Position numbers and translations under genes: made by a program. A DNA stretch of 64,000 nt from Neophaeotheca triangularis (taxonomy: Eukaryota), in contig BAAIJX010000037.1 of NCBI GenBank assembly GCA_054600435.1, forward strand, positions 62,001-126,000. Reading direction: 5' to 3'. Within the stretch, counting starts at the first letter, position 1; each line of letters opens with the position of its first letter. Positions 36,101 through 46,358 of the stretch are shown in pieces. Below the pieces are notes generated by a model that was not told the DNA's origin, made no database searches, and worked only from the letters and a program-made list of their open reading frames with translations.

Positions 36101-38126
36101 GGAAAGCCTGGTGGAGAGTTTGGGAAGCGCGATACTAACAACGCTGGTGCGCAACATCGAGCAGAGGACACAAATCCATGTCACGAACTGCTTGTCGCTC
36201 ACCAATGCATGCAACAAGAGCGCCGAGTCACTTAAAGTGCATTGTGACGAGACTGGCGCAAAAATCGCCATCTCACGCTACGAAGGCAACCGCCTGAGGG
36301 ACAAGATGTGGTACGTAGCAGATGTCCGAACCTCCGGTGCCTACGATGAAGTACGCTGCATTGCTGCCGCTCTACGGGGCATGGGTAAGCCTAAGCGACC
36401 CAGCCGCACAGCTGTTGCGCCTCCGTTGAGACACTGGACTGGTCCGAAGCTATCAAGCCAGAACATGCACCTCAAGACCGAGTCTCAAATCCTCGAGCTC
36501 TTGAGTGCCGCGCCCAAGCATGGTGGACCAAACAAATTGAGCGACGAGCAAGCCCGTTCCGTCTCGACATGGCTGGACACGGAACGCATTGAGAACTTCT
36601 GCCAAGGCGAGGAGAGGCTACACAAGCTGTGCATGGAGCTGCGGAAATGCGTGGACTCATTGATCCCTACACGTCCGACCGATAGTCCAGTGATTGCCTC
36701 CACGGTCCTCTTTTCCAGAGAACGCACGGCGACGCTTTCGAGCCAGACCCCTCAGAAACCCGTGAGAACCCCGCTCTTTCAGACCCCCCGGCGTTTCAAC
36801 GAGCTCACCGTTCAGACGGGCGTACCGCAGAGCATCGACGCCGTGTCCAGCGCTTCTCACACGCTGTCAAGCGCTAGCTCCCGTGAGTATTTCGATCACC
36901 GGAGCCCCACGTTGACCATGAAGTCTTCAGCCACTTTCTGGTCGCCGGCCGTAACGGAGGCCCAATCGCCTTCGAGCGCTACGAGCATGGCTTCGTATCC
37001 CGCGGTCTCTGGTTTGCCCGCTTCCACCGCCTCCAAAGCTATTGGGTCTGGGACTAAGAACGCTTCCGCTTTTGATATGCTGCGACAGATGACTGTTAGC
37101 TTGCTCTTGAGTGACCTTGGCGTCGGCTTGTTTGCCGACGGTTGCGAAACGGACAACTTCTTTTGGCAGGGGATTGGTGGGCAGTTGTTCGATTTGCACA
37201 TTGCTTCCGAGGACTCGGGTCAGCCTGTAGGCAAGCCTTCGACGGACGACGCTAAGGATGGTGAGCGGCAAAGGGCCTTTGACTATGATGGTGCTTTTGC
37301 GCGGATTCTGGCGAGGTTTTCAGCTTCCACTGATCCCTACGCTAAGCTGGCCTGTCTCTTAGAAGTTGATGCGCTACTACAGCCGTACATGGCTAGTCGC
37401 AAGGAGGCGGACGGACGTGGCGGTACAGCTCGTTCGGACCTGAAACAACACGTCCAGGCCAAGTCGAAAGATCGTTCCAACACAGCAAACGTCAAAGTCT
37501 CCGGCTTCAAAGAGCTCTTCAAACAACAAACCCTCCGACCCACCGCGCTCTTCCGCGATCTCCAATTCATCGCCTCGCTAGTCCCCATTCACATTCTCGA
37601 GACCAGCCGCCAAGGCCAAGCCTTCTGCCACGCCGGCCTCGCAGCCACACAACTCAAGAACGAAGCCCGCACCCTCTTCGTCGAAACCGCCGACAGCATC
37701 ATCGCCCACCACACCAGCAACCGCGGCCACGCCTCGGCAGCCCAACAACTCCGCGACACCGCCGCCTTCCACCCCACGACCCCATCCCTCCCCATCCCCC
37801 CACCCAACCACCACAGCCTCACAACAGCCAGCACCCTCCTCCAAATCGCCGCCCGCGAGCACTCTCCCGTCGCCCAGCGCGAACTCGCAACCCTCTACCT
37901 CACCCACCCGGACCTAATGACGCACATCACCGCGCCCTTTGCTCTGAGCAGCGACGTTTTCAAAGAGGAGCTCGAGGGCAAGTGGCGCCGGGATCGCGAC
38001 CCGATGCGTTGCGATCCCAGGACCATGTGTGTTGCGCATCATTGGATGTCTTTGAGTGCTGCCGGGGGGGATCCGTTGGCCAGGGAGTTTTTGCGGCAGA
38101 GGGAGGAGATGGAACGGTTGCCGTGA
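33190..38126 (+). CDS. large (~1550 aa) fungal protein with RasGAP-like, VPS9-like and Sel1-like segments; introns 33239-33408, 35010-35061 (GC-AG), 35172-35224
   Basis: Three phase-compatible introns join ORFs 33190, 33411, 34843 and 35169 into one frame. Domain resemblance is by eye only. Confidence 0.8.
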
Positions 38127-38543
38127 CGTGGGTCTTTGGCGGGCGTGGGGTGGGGTGGGTCGTATTGGGACTTCTTTGGGGGGGAGTTTCTCCAACAGGA
38201 TGGGGTTTTTCATCGGGGCGTTGCGAGGTAAGGGAACTGTTTAGGGTCTTGGTGGAGGAAGGCTCGGGGTTTGCGAAGTGGCGCAGAGGTTTTCTGTTGG
38301 TTTTCGGGGGTTGGGATACGTACTAGGCTTGGGTTGGGTTGGTTATATTTTGGAGCTAGAAGTGTTGCGTATACCCCTGGTTCCGATAGGGTGGGCGAGG
38401 CATTTAGGTCCGTATTCATCGTCGCGTTTGGAGCGCTCTTTGCTTTGACTCGAGTATCTTTATTTTTCCCCTCTTTTTCTTTTTGAAAAATGGACGTCGA
38501 TGCTTCCTTAAAGGCGGTTTGAATGAAAGGATTTTTGGAGCAG

Positions 38544-38875
38544 ATATTTACTCCTGGATGCTAGGAGTAAAAAACGGAAATTACTCCTAGATATTTACTC
38601 CTAGGAGTGAAAAAAAAAACATTACTCCTAGAGCAAAAGTTTACTCCTAGAGTAAAAATTTACAATTTACTTCTGAGCAAAAACTTTTACTTCTGAGTAA
38701 AAGTTTACAATTTACACTTAAGTAAAAGTTTACAATTTAATCTTAAGTGAAAGTTTACAATTTGCTCTCAAACAAAAATTTGCAATTTGCTCTCGAGCAA
38801 AAGTTTTTACTCCTAAGCAAAAATTTACAATTTACTCTTCAATATTCATCTCCGGATGGAAAAGCTAGGAGAAAA
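38544..38875. repeat. AT-rich tandem array of ~13 degenerate palindromic units (core TTTRCTC-nn-GAGYAAA; period mostly 19-26 bp)
   Basis: Examples: tttactcctaggagtgaaa (38594), tttacacttaagtaaa (38711), tttgctctcgagcaaa (38786). Sharp AT enrichment relative to the flanks. Confidence 0.92.
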
Positions 38876-39012
38876 GTTTCCCTACTACAGCCAGAATATC
38901 TTGCTCCCGCTTCAGCTTAACACAATGAGCCTTACTAATTGACTCGGAGAGTCGTCAGCCTATAACCACTCACTCATCAGTCCCTGACCTTTTCTTTTCC
39001 CTCGGCCCAGTC

Positions 39013-40401
39013 CTAAGGCCCAGCAGCTCCTGCTACGGAGCCTTCTGGCGACGACTTTGGGGTTTCCACGTCCTTCGCATCGCCGGAGATCTCGACACTA
39101 CTAGCAGCTATTTCGGGTCGAACTGGATCCGCGGGCGTCTCCTTGGGCAGCTCGGAACGCGACGACGTCAAGACGATACGTGGCGTCGCTTCCTCGGACT
39201 CACCATTGTTCTTGAGTGACTCGATCCGCATAGCCTCGGACTCGACCTTAACATCCTCATGCGAGGGAACAGCTTCCCCAGCTCCGTTATCGTTGTCGCG
39301 AGACGAAAGAGCCTGTGCGACCTCGGCCAGAGACCGGCCTCGCGTATAAGGCGCTCTAGGACCGTTTATCTCGAAGTGGCGGATCAGATCTACCGATTTG
39401 AGGACGCGTCTGAGGAGGGGTTTTTGATCGTTGGTGAGGTCCATTGATTTGATGTCGTTGATCACTTGGGTCTTGATGGCGCGGATGCCGGTGTCTGGGC
39501 GGATAGGATTCGCGGTGGGTTTGGGTGGCTGAGTGGAGGCGGGAGCTTTTGCGGCGGGCTTGGAGGCCGTATGGTGAGCTGAGTGAGCTCTGAGGGCGTC
39601 GATGTTGCGGTACCCTTGACTATGATGGGGTTCTTTGGGCTGATTATGGGTTGGAGCTCTGCCCTTGTTGATATGCTTTGAAGACTGTTTGTCCTTGTTG
39701 TGTTTGGTCTGCTTCGACCTAGAGGGACCTACTTCTGGCTGGGTTGCGGCTCCGGGAAAGTCCTCAGTGCATCGATTATCGTACTGCTCGTAGCGATCGT
39801 TATACTCGGTATGACGACCATCGCACTCGACCTGAGCCCGCTGCTCGTCCCAAGTGGCGCGAGGTCCCCAATATAATTCAAGGTGGTCGATGAGCATTCG
39901 CCTCTCTTGACAAATGTCGTCAAGCGACTGAGGATCAAGTCTTCCAGTGATTGCCTGGTTCGCGATGGACATCTCAGCGAGAATGAGCTTCTCATGGCAC
40001 TGCGTTAGACGGCGCTGTTGGTCCGTGTCTCCAAGAAGGGCAATTGGGGGACCTTGAGGGTACTGGGGTCGAGTCGATTGCATATAAGACGGAGTGTGAC
40101 GTCCACGTCTGATGTTGACGTTCTGTGGGCCTCTCAATCCGATTTCGCGTTCGATAGTATGGTCGACAAGGTTTTGAGCTGTCTTCTTGGAGTGTCCCCT
40201 TGTCAAATGGCCGTTGTACATTTCATCGACCATTAGAGTTATCCCTCGGCCCATCGGGGGCTGAGGATTGAAAGCCATCGCATCGGAGCGAGACTCAACA
40301 GTGGTTGGTGCTCCAGCGGTTGCTGGCATTTGGGGTATGGACAGGCCGATCAGGTTGTTGACGTCGGGAAAACCGTTGCCCAAGAAGCAGGGAGAGCTCA
40401 T
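39013..40401 (-). CDS. orphan hypothetical protein A (~462 aa, largely disordered)
   Basis: Long stop-free ORF; ATG (MSSPCF) follows a CAAC-rich leader and a TATA-like element near 40615. No family motif recognised. Confidence 0.6.
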   Translation of the reverse strand: MSSPCFLGNGFPDVNNLIGLSIPQMPATAGAPTTVESRSDAMAFNPQPPMGRGITLMVDEMYNGHLTRGHSKKTAQNLVDHTIEREIGLRGPQNVNIRRGRHTPSYMQSTRPQYPQGPPIALLGDTDQQRRLTQCHEKLILAEMSIANQAITGRLDPQSLDDICQERRMLIDHLELYWGPRATWDEQRAQVECDGRHTEYNDRYEQYDNRCTEDFPGAATQPEVGPSRSKQTKHNKDKQSSKHINKGRAPTHNQPKEPHHSQGYRNIDALRAHSAHHTASKPAAKAPASTQPPKPTANPIRPDTGIRAIKTQVINDIKSMDLTNDQKPLLRRVLKSVDLIRHFEINGPRAPYTRGRSLAEVAQALSSRDNDNGAGEAVPSHEDVKVESEAMRIESLKNNGESEEATPRIVLTSSRSELPKETPADPVRPEIAASSVEISGDAKDVETPKSSPEGSVAGAAGP

Positions 40402-41148
40402 AGTGAATGAGTTGGTTGTTGGTTGTTGGTGGTTAGTAGTTGGTAATGGAAGATGACGGATGGTGAGGTTGGTGGCGGTTGGTTGGATGGTTGGTTGGTT
40501 GGAAATTTGGAAGGATGGGTGGGTGGTTAGAGATGTGATTGATGGATAGGATGAGTTGTTTAGTTTTGGAGATTGGTAAGGATTGTAAGGGTGTCCAGCA
40601 AGAGGGGCCAAAGATATAGGCCACCAGTGGCGTCGAATCGTGACAGTCCTAGAGCGAGAACAATATGTCTCTGAAGTCACTGCGTTCGATGTGATTTTTC
40701 GTAATGAGCCAAGAAATCGCATCTAGAGCGTGGCAACCTGGACAGCGCTTTTGCCAGCTGTACAAAATTGTATAGCAATCTCGTTGTTCAAGCAAACTCC
40801 TGATATTGATCGCAAGAGGCTCGTCAGCTGCTATCGCTAGGGGTCGGCTTGGGAGCCTATATCACTGTGCGTGACGAGTTATAACAAGTACAGAAGTGCT
40901 ATTTGCAAGCAAGGACACATCACCTCTCCGTAACAGTTGCAGGGAAAGAATGGGAAGTTAAAGGGCGGAGGCGAAGAGCGAAAAGTTAAAAGCATCACCT
41001 CGATTCGATTTGACTCACTGCTTTAGTGAGTTGACTTACCTAACCTACGCAAATACCTATCTGTTGTCCAGAAACAACAAATCTCGTCCCAAATTTCAAG
41101 GCTCTTTGCAAACAAAAGTAAGCCAACTACTATACGCTTGACCTCCAC

Positions 41149-42489
41149 CTATTGCTCCCGTCCAGTTAGGGACTCGACATCAGCGCAGGCCAGTATCTCT
41201 TTCAAAAGAGGACCCTCGACCGTTTCGTGCTGCGCGAAATTTCCGTTCGGCGAGCCTAGACTATCTTCTTGGGCCCTGTCCGGAGCAACAAACCCTGGAT
41301 CCGCCTGCTCCTCTCCGTCCATCAAGGGCATCACAAAGGAGAGAGCATTAGCCCACACCCGTAGCAGAGTCGCTTTCTGAGTGATATCAAGACCAAGTCG
41401 AGCTTCAGCGAACCGCATGACTCTGTCAACTTCATCCTGCGTGGGTCCGGAGAAACCATCGGGCACGGCAGGCATGGCGTTCGTAGCTGTAGCGGTCTGT
41501 TCCCGAAAGGTAGTCGAAGGGCGCACTTCCCCACCCTCATTCCCATCGACACCTTGGAGCTCTTCCATCATCCAGGCCCAGACATGCAACAGTGTTACTC
41601 TCTCAGCGGCGTGTAGAGTCATATTTGCCTCGATGAATCGCATGATATCGCTGACTTCCTTGAGAGTTGGACCAGGGTACGTTGTGCCGCCGACGTTGTT
41701 GGACTGATCGCTCGATTCAGACGTGTCATCAGGGCCACCGGTAGTGCTCGAGGCGGTCCATGAGCCAGACACGGACATGTTGGTCCTTCGATCAGCGAAT
41801 GACCGCGCGTACGTATCTTCCTGCCTGAACGATGTTGCAGACTGGGCCTCAGTACCTGCATCGAAGCCATTCGAAAACTCGTCATCCGCAAAATCACTGC
41901 GATTCCCAATGGAATCAGAACGAATTTCATCGTGGACAACAACATGAGGCTGTGATGTAAAAGCATCTCCCTCAAGCTGCGAATCAGAGCGGGCCAAGTG
42001 CAATGCTTGATCAATCATCCAGGAACCCACATGTAGAATCCGGTAAGCATCTCTCGACCCGATCACCACCTGCTCACAAGGACCTGCCCATTTCCGGGGA
42101 TCCGAAAGGAAACTTATCAAGTCGACATCCTCGTACTCAGTGTGACGCTGAAGAATATGGAACAGGTGTCCCAACGGACTGGAGCCTTTGCCTGTAACAA
42201 ATAGCAGCTCGGCCAGATTGGTGCATAAAATCTGCGGATTCGCGGAGAGGCATACATTGGGGAAGAAGCGTTCGTACTTCAATGCTGTGGTCCCGAGGGT
42301 ACGGTCGGTTGGGCAGAAATCGATTTCGTTGATAATGTCGAATGGATGGTGGATTTCTGGGCTCTCGATGTATTGGCCGCCGCGCCAGAAGATGCGTAGG
42401 GGGCAATAGAATTGGGCGATGCTAGTATCCGGAAAGTTAGGGAACTCCCTGCTGAAACGAAGCTGGTGTGGCGTAGGAATGGCAGCCAT
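41149..42489 (-). CDS. orphan hypothetical protein B (~446 aa) with internal ~40-aa helical repeats
   Basis: Long ORF with GCCATG start after a C/A-rich leader. Globular-looking N-terminal ~170 aa; repeat GPTxxEVxxxMRFxEAxxxLxxxxxxTLLxVWA occurs twice. Confidence 0.68.
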   Translation of the reverse strand: MAAIPTPHQLRFSREFPNFPDTSIAQFYCPLRIFWRGGQYIESPEIHHPFDIINEIDFCPTDRTLGTTALKYERFFPNVCLSANPQILCTNLAELLFVTGKGSSPLGHLFHILQRHTEYEDVDLISFLSDPRKWAGPCEQVVIGSRDAYRILHVGSWMIDQALHLARSDSQLEGDAFTSQPHVVVHDEIRSDSIGNRSDFADDEFSNGFDAGTEAQSATSFRQEDTYARSFADRRTNMSVSGSWTASSTTGGPDDTSESSDQSNNVGGTTYPGPTLKEVSDIMRFIEANMTLHAAERVTLLHVWAWMMEELQGVDGNEGGEVRPSTTFREQTATATNAMPAVPDGFSGPTQDEVDRVMRFAEARLGLDITQKATLLRVWANALSFVMPLMDGEEQADPGFVAPDRAQEDSLGSPNGNFAQHETVEGPLLKEILACADVESLTGREQ

Positions 42490-43272
42490 GGCGGTTGTTG
42501 CAGTGGGCTTGGTATGCGTTGTGGTGATGGCGGTTTGATGGGAAGGGCAGTGATTGGGTGAATGCTCAGAAAGTGATATGAAGCAAAGGTCGTGCAAGTC
42601 CAGTGATGAGGAAGGGTTTTTGTATAGTGCTAGGAACGATAATCCCTCTCGCTACGATCAGATCTATGAGCAACAGCATCTCACATCGTCGATCGAACGT
42701 TTGCTCCTTTTAATGCTTCATCATGACTGATACGTTGGAAAAGAGGCAGCCGTCACTTACGATCATCGTGACTACGACAGGCTACATCCGAAGTGGCCGA
42801 TTGATGTTTGCTAACAGCGAACACGGAGTGAGGAGGTTGAAACGTCAGCGGTAAGTCAACAATTTGTCGAGACGCATGCACATACCTTTTGAGCCACCTA
42901 CACAGATGTCACCTCCTTCGACGTTCAATATGATTCCACGCATGCCATTAGCACCGAAGAGAGACGAGCGGCATACAAGACTGAAGCAGGGTTAAAACAC
43001 TATGGAAGTCATCAAAGAATAGCCATCAACTCCGAATGCCAAAGCAATACCCCAAAGAATTCAGCCTCAGCTGCAGCCGTCATCAAGTAAATCGCTCCCA
43101 TTCCTCAGTAAGCTCTCTTTCCACCTTTGCCATAGCCCCTGTCCCGATAACGCCGGCATGATGACTGCCCAGAACGATCTCAAGATTTGATCGAGTCCGA
43201 CGAGCGCGAGAGGGTTTGCCGGCTTCAAAACAGTAATCGAACCCTCAAGTCCAGCTACTCGTCCTTTGAAGC

Positions 43273-44304
43273 CTACCTCTGACGCCTGTGCGTGGCGGTG
43301 CTGTGCCTTGGTGCCCGAAAAGCTGACTTGCTCGAGGGGCCAGCAGTGGAGTATCCACGGGAATGGCGAGGAGATGGAGGAGTTCTGTCAGAGCGCCTCG
43401 TCCTTCTCTTGTCCTTCCTGTGGTACCTGGAACGCCCAATCGTCGCGTCAGAGTCCTGGCTTCGGCTGCGGAACGATCTGGCAGTGGAAGCGTTGTCCGA
43501 GCGCTGGGCAGAAGGCAAAAGGCTCGGTGAGCGATCGCCACGGCGGCGAAAACGCGAGTCGCGAACAGTTCTGTCACTCTTGCGATGACGGGTCAAGCGC
43601 GAAGCGGAATCCCGATCACGATACGAGGACCCAACGTAGTCGTCCGGCGAGCTATGTGAGCTATATAGGTAGCCACCGGAGCTGTTCGGCGAGTGCGAGC
43701 TGGCATGTGGATTATCAAAATAGCAGGGAGAAGTGCATGCCGAACTGTGATGGTTGGGATTGTCTCGGCCTCGTTTATAGGTTCTTCCTCGCGGCTCATC
43801 ACGCGACTTGACATCGGGATCATCAAAATAGCAGGAAGAAATGCATGCCGAGCTGTTGGTATTGCGGTTATCTCGGCCTCTCGGATAAGTTCTCCCTCTC
43901 GGCTCATCACGCATCTCGAGTGCTTCAACTCTGGTGGTCAGATTTCCAATGGAGAGCTGAATGATTCCAAGAATGTCGGCGGTTGCCTCGTTCCTGCCAT
44001 CACCGTGGCGACGATCGCGCTTCAACATGCGTCTAAGTTGCTGGCGCTTGTCTTCCCAATCTTGAATCTCACAATCAGGGGCAACAGGCTGCGACTCGTC
44101 GATGACCCAGGAGTATTCATCGAGGCCGCTTCTTTTAAACCCGGGGGGCGGCCCGGTCATTTCGTTCAGATTGAGGTCTGGAGGTATAATGCTCGGCAAA
44201 GGGTCTGGGGGCGCTTGATTTCGGGAGCGTACCGGAGATGACTCCATGGAGGATGATGGGATTCGGGTTGATAACGACGCTTCTGATGATCTGGGAGTGT
44301 CCAT
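43273..44304 (-). CDS. orphan hypothetical protein C (343 aa; short coiled coil, 36-aa tandem duplication, Arg/Ser-rich tail)
   Basis: ATCATG start after a CAAC-rich leader; in-frame 108-bp duplication. No family motif recognised. Confidence 0.58.
   Translation of the reverse strand: MDTPRSSEASLSTRIPSSSMESSPVRSRNQAPPDPLPSIIPPDLNLNEMTGPPPGFKRSGLDEYSWVIDESQPVAPDCEIQDWEDKRQQLRRMLKRDRRHGDGRNEATADILGIIQLSIGNLTTRVEALEMRDEPRGRTYPRGRDNRNTNSSACISSCYFDDPDVKSRDEPRGRTYKRGRDNPNHHSSACTSPCYFDNPHASSHSPNSSGGYLYSSHSSPDDYVGSSYRDRDSASRLTRHRKSDRTVRDSRFRRRGDRSPSLLPSAQRSDNASTARSFRSRSQDSDATIGRSRYHRKDKRRTRRSDRTPPSPRHSRGYSTAGPSSKSAFRAPRHSTATHRRQR
43697..43912. repeat. 108-bp imperfect tandem duplication inside orphan C
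   Basis: ggctcatcacgc at 43793 and 43901. Protein RDEPRGRTYxRGRDNxNxxSSACxSxCYFDxP occurs twice. Confidence 0.92.
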
Positions 44305-44845
44305 GATTTCCGGTTGATGGACGCTTGGTTGGCAGACGGTTGGTTGTTTGACGAAGGATGGGTATTGAAGGAAGAAGTGGTGTGGGAGTGGGTGTTTTTG
44401 GAGAGATAAGAAAGGTTGAAGTTCCCAGACGAGGGAGGCCTGGTTTTGACCCTACCTCAGGGTTCGTCAAGAGACTAGGAAATTGACAGCTCGAGCAGTC
44501 AATATTATTGAGAAAGTTGAATGCGATTTCCATTGCAAACGTAAGCTGGTCCACGGAGCATTCGTAAGAGTATATTCGTTTTGTTCATCCCATGAAGCGA
44601 AGCTACTGTCACCATTAGCAGTAGTTGTTTTGTGTGACAGTCGAGACAATGAAAAGCTTCGATGTTGATGACCGAAGCGGTCAAATTGAGACCTGTATGT
44701 CAGAGAGCGGGCGCATGTACGCTTCAAAGAAAAGTATTGTCGTAAAGATATCTCAAATTACCATACCAAATGACGCCACATCCGAATTCGGATCTGAAGT
44801 CGTATGTACAGAAACGCCATCAACCTGTTCAGACAGTACCCCGAC

Positions 44846-45788
44846 CTAATAAAGGTAGGGCACAAACTTGTAAGGCACCTTGCGCTCGTACTCTGCGTAC
44901 TGCTCACCATACTGTAGCACGCAAACAAGTCAGCAATCAGAATCAAGCCGAAATGGCAAAAAAAGACTCACCTTCTCCTCCAAATAATCCTGCAAAACCG
45001 GAATCCCCCTCTGCGTGAAATCCCAAGCAAAAAACGCACCCACCAGCGCCCCCCAAGTCCATCCACCAGCCGCAACGGCGAATCCGGCCCTCCAAAGCGT
45101 ATACCCAAAATAATTAACATGCCTGCTCAACCCAAAAAGCCCCTGATCATAAACTCTCCCCTTATTCCCGGCATCTTTTTTGAATAGATGCCTCTGCGTC
45201 TCACTGCCCAGCTCCAAAACCATACCCAGCACGTACAGGGTAGAGCCCACGAGCAGTGGGGTCTGCGGGAAGTGCTCACCGTTCGCGGACGCGGAAGTCT
45301 GCGCGCAGATGAAAGCGAGGGAGTTGAGGGAATTGAAGACGGTGTTGAAAGCCGAGACGACGATGCCCGTGGCCGGGGGCATTTGCTCTTGCATTATCGT
45401 GGTGAGGTGGAGATTTTGCTTTAGGGCGCTGCCGACGGACATGGCGAAGAGGATTGTGCGGTAGGGGGAGAGGCCTAGCAGGGAGTCGAAGGGGGTGTTG
45501 GTGATTAGAGGGGGCCCCGTGGGGAGGGTGGTGAGTTTGAGGGAGGTGAGGAGGCTGCTGCCCGCGTTGGTGGAGAGGATGTGGTGCTGGAGAAAAGGGT
45601 CGAGGGCGCGAAGGCCGAAGAAGCTGGCAGGGTGTTAGGTGGGTTGGGCGGATCTGGGAGGAGGGATGGGGGATGGGGGATGGGTACGTTGCTGTGCCGG
45701 CATAGCTGGGTTCTTTGATGCCGCGCTTGATGTTGTCCCTTCTGCGCGAGGTCGCGTCGTACTTGGGGGTCTTGGGGTTGTCTGCCAT
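44846..45788 (-). CDS. DUF1295 / steroid 5-alpha-reductase-like membrane protein; introns 45687-45624 and 44971-44912
   Basis: FFGLRALDP, ELGSETQRHLFK, GLFGLSRHVNYFGYTLW, YLEEK/YGEQYAEYERKVPYKFVPYLY*. Confidence 0.88.
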
Positions 45789-46358
45789 TTTGGGCGACTG
45801 TACTTGAATCTGATGCTTTGGAGGGCAAGTGGAGAGAGAAAGCGAGATGAGGTGTGATGCTCCGGGTACTCGATGTCGTTGTCGAAGCTTGAGCTATGGC
45901 CTCCGTATGACGTCGAGTAGCTCGGTACGCCGCAACCACCGGGGCAAGGCCGAGGGCGGTTAGACAAACCTCCCTTCCTAATCGGGCAATAGAAGAATAG
46001 ATGTCTCATAATCTACTATATGTAAGAAGACAGTGGCATTCAACAGGCGTGTACGCCGTAATAACTGCTTTATCTAGAGAGTGAACAGACGTTCCAGAAA
46101 GATTTCAAGGAAACTCGCGTTATTGCATCCACGCCATTTTCACGTTCGATATCACAATCTGATTGTTAAGCGAAGCAGGTGGGTGGCTTGATAAACAAGG
46201 CAACTAGGCATGCCTGTTCTATAACGGAAACACTCCCATCCACTAGAGTCAGTTGCCATTAACAATCCTCAAATTCTCACCGTAGAGCCAATAACTAGCG
46301 GCACTACAAGTTGCCACAGGGAGCAGACTCCAACGACAGCCTACACATTTTCTATCCA

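Noticed and set aside
38544..38875. CRISPR-like palindromic repeats
   Set aside because: Inter-unit sequence is itself repeated (gtttacaa) and under 10 bp; the units are degenerate.
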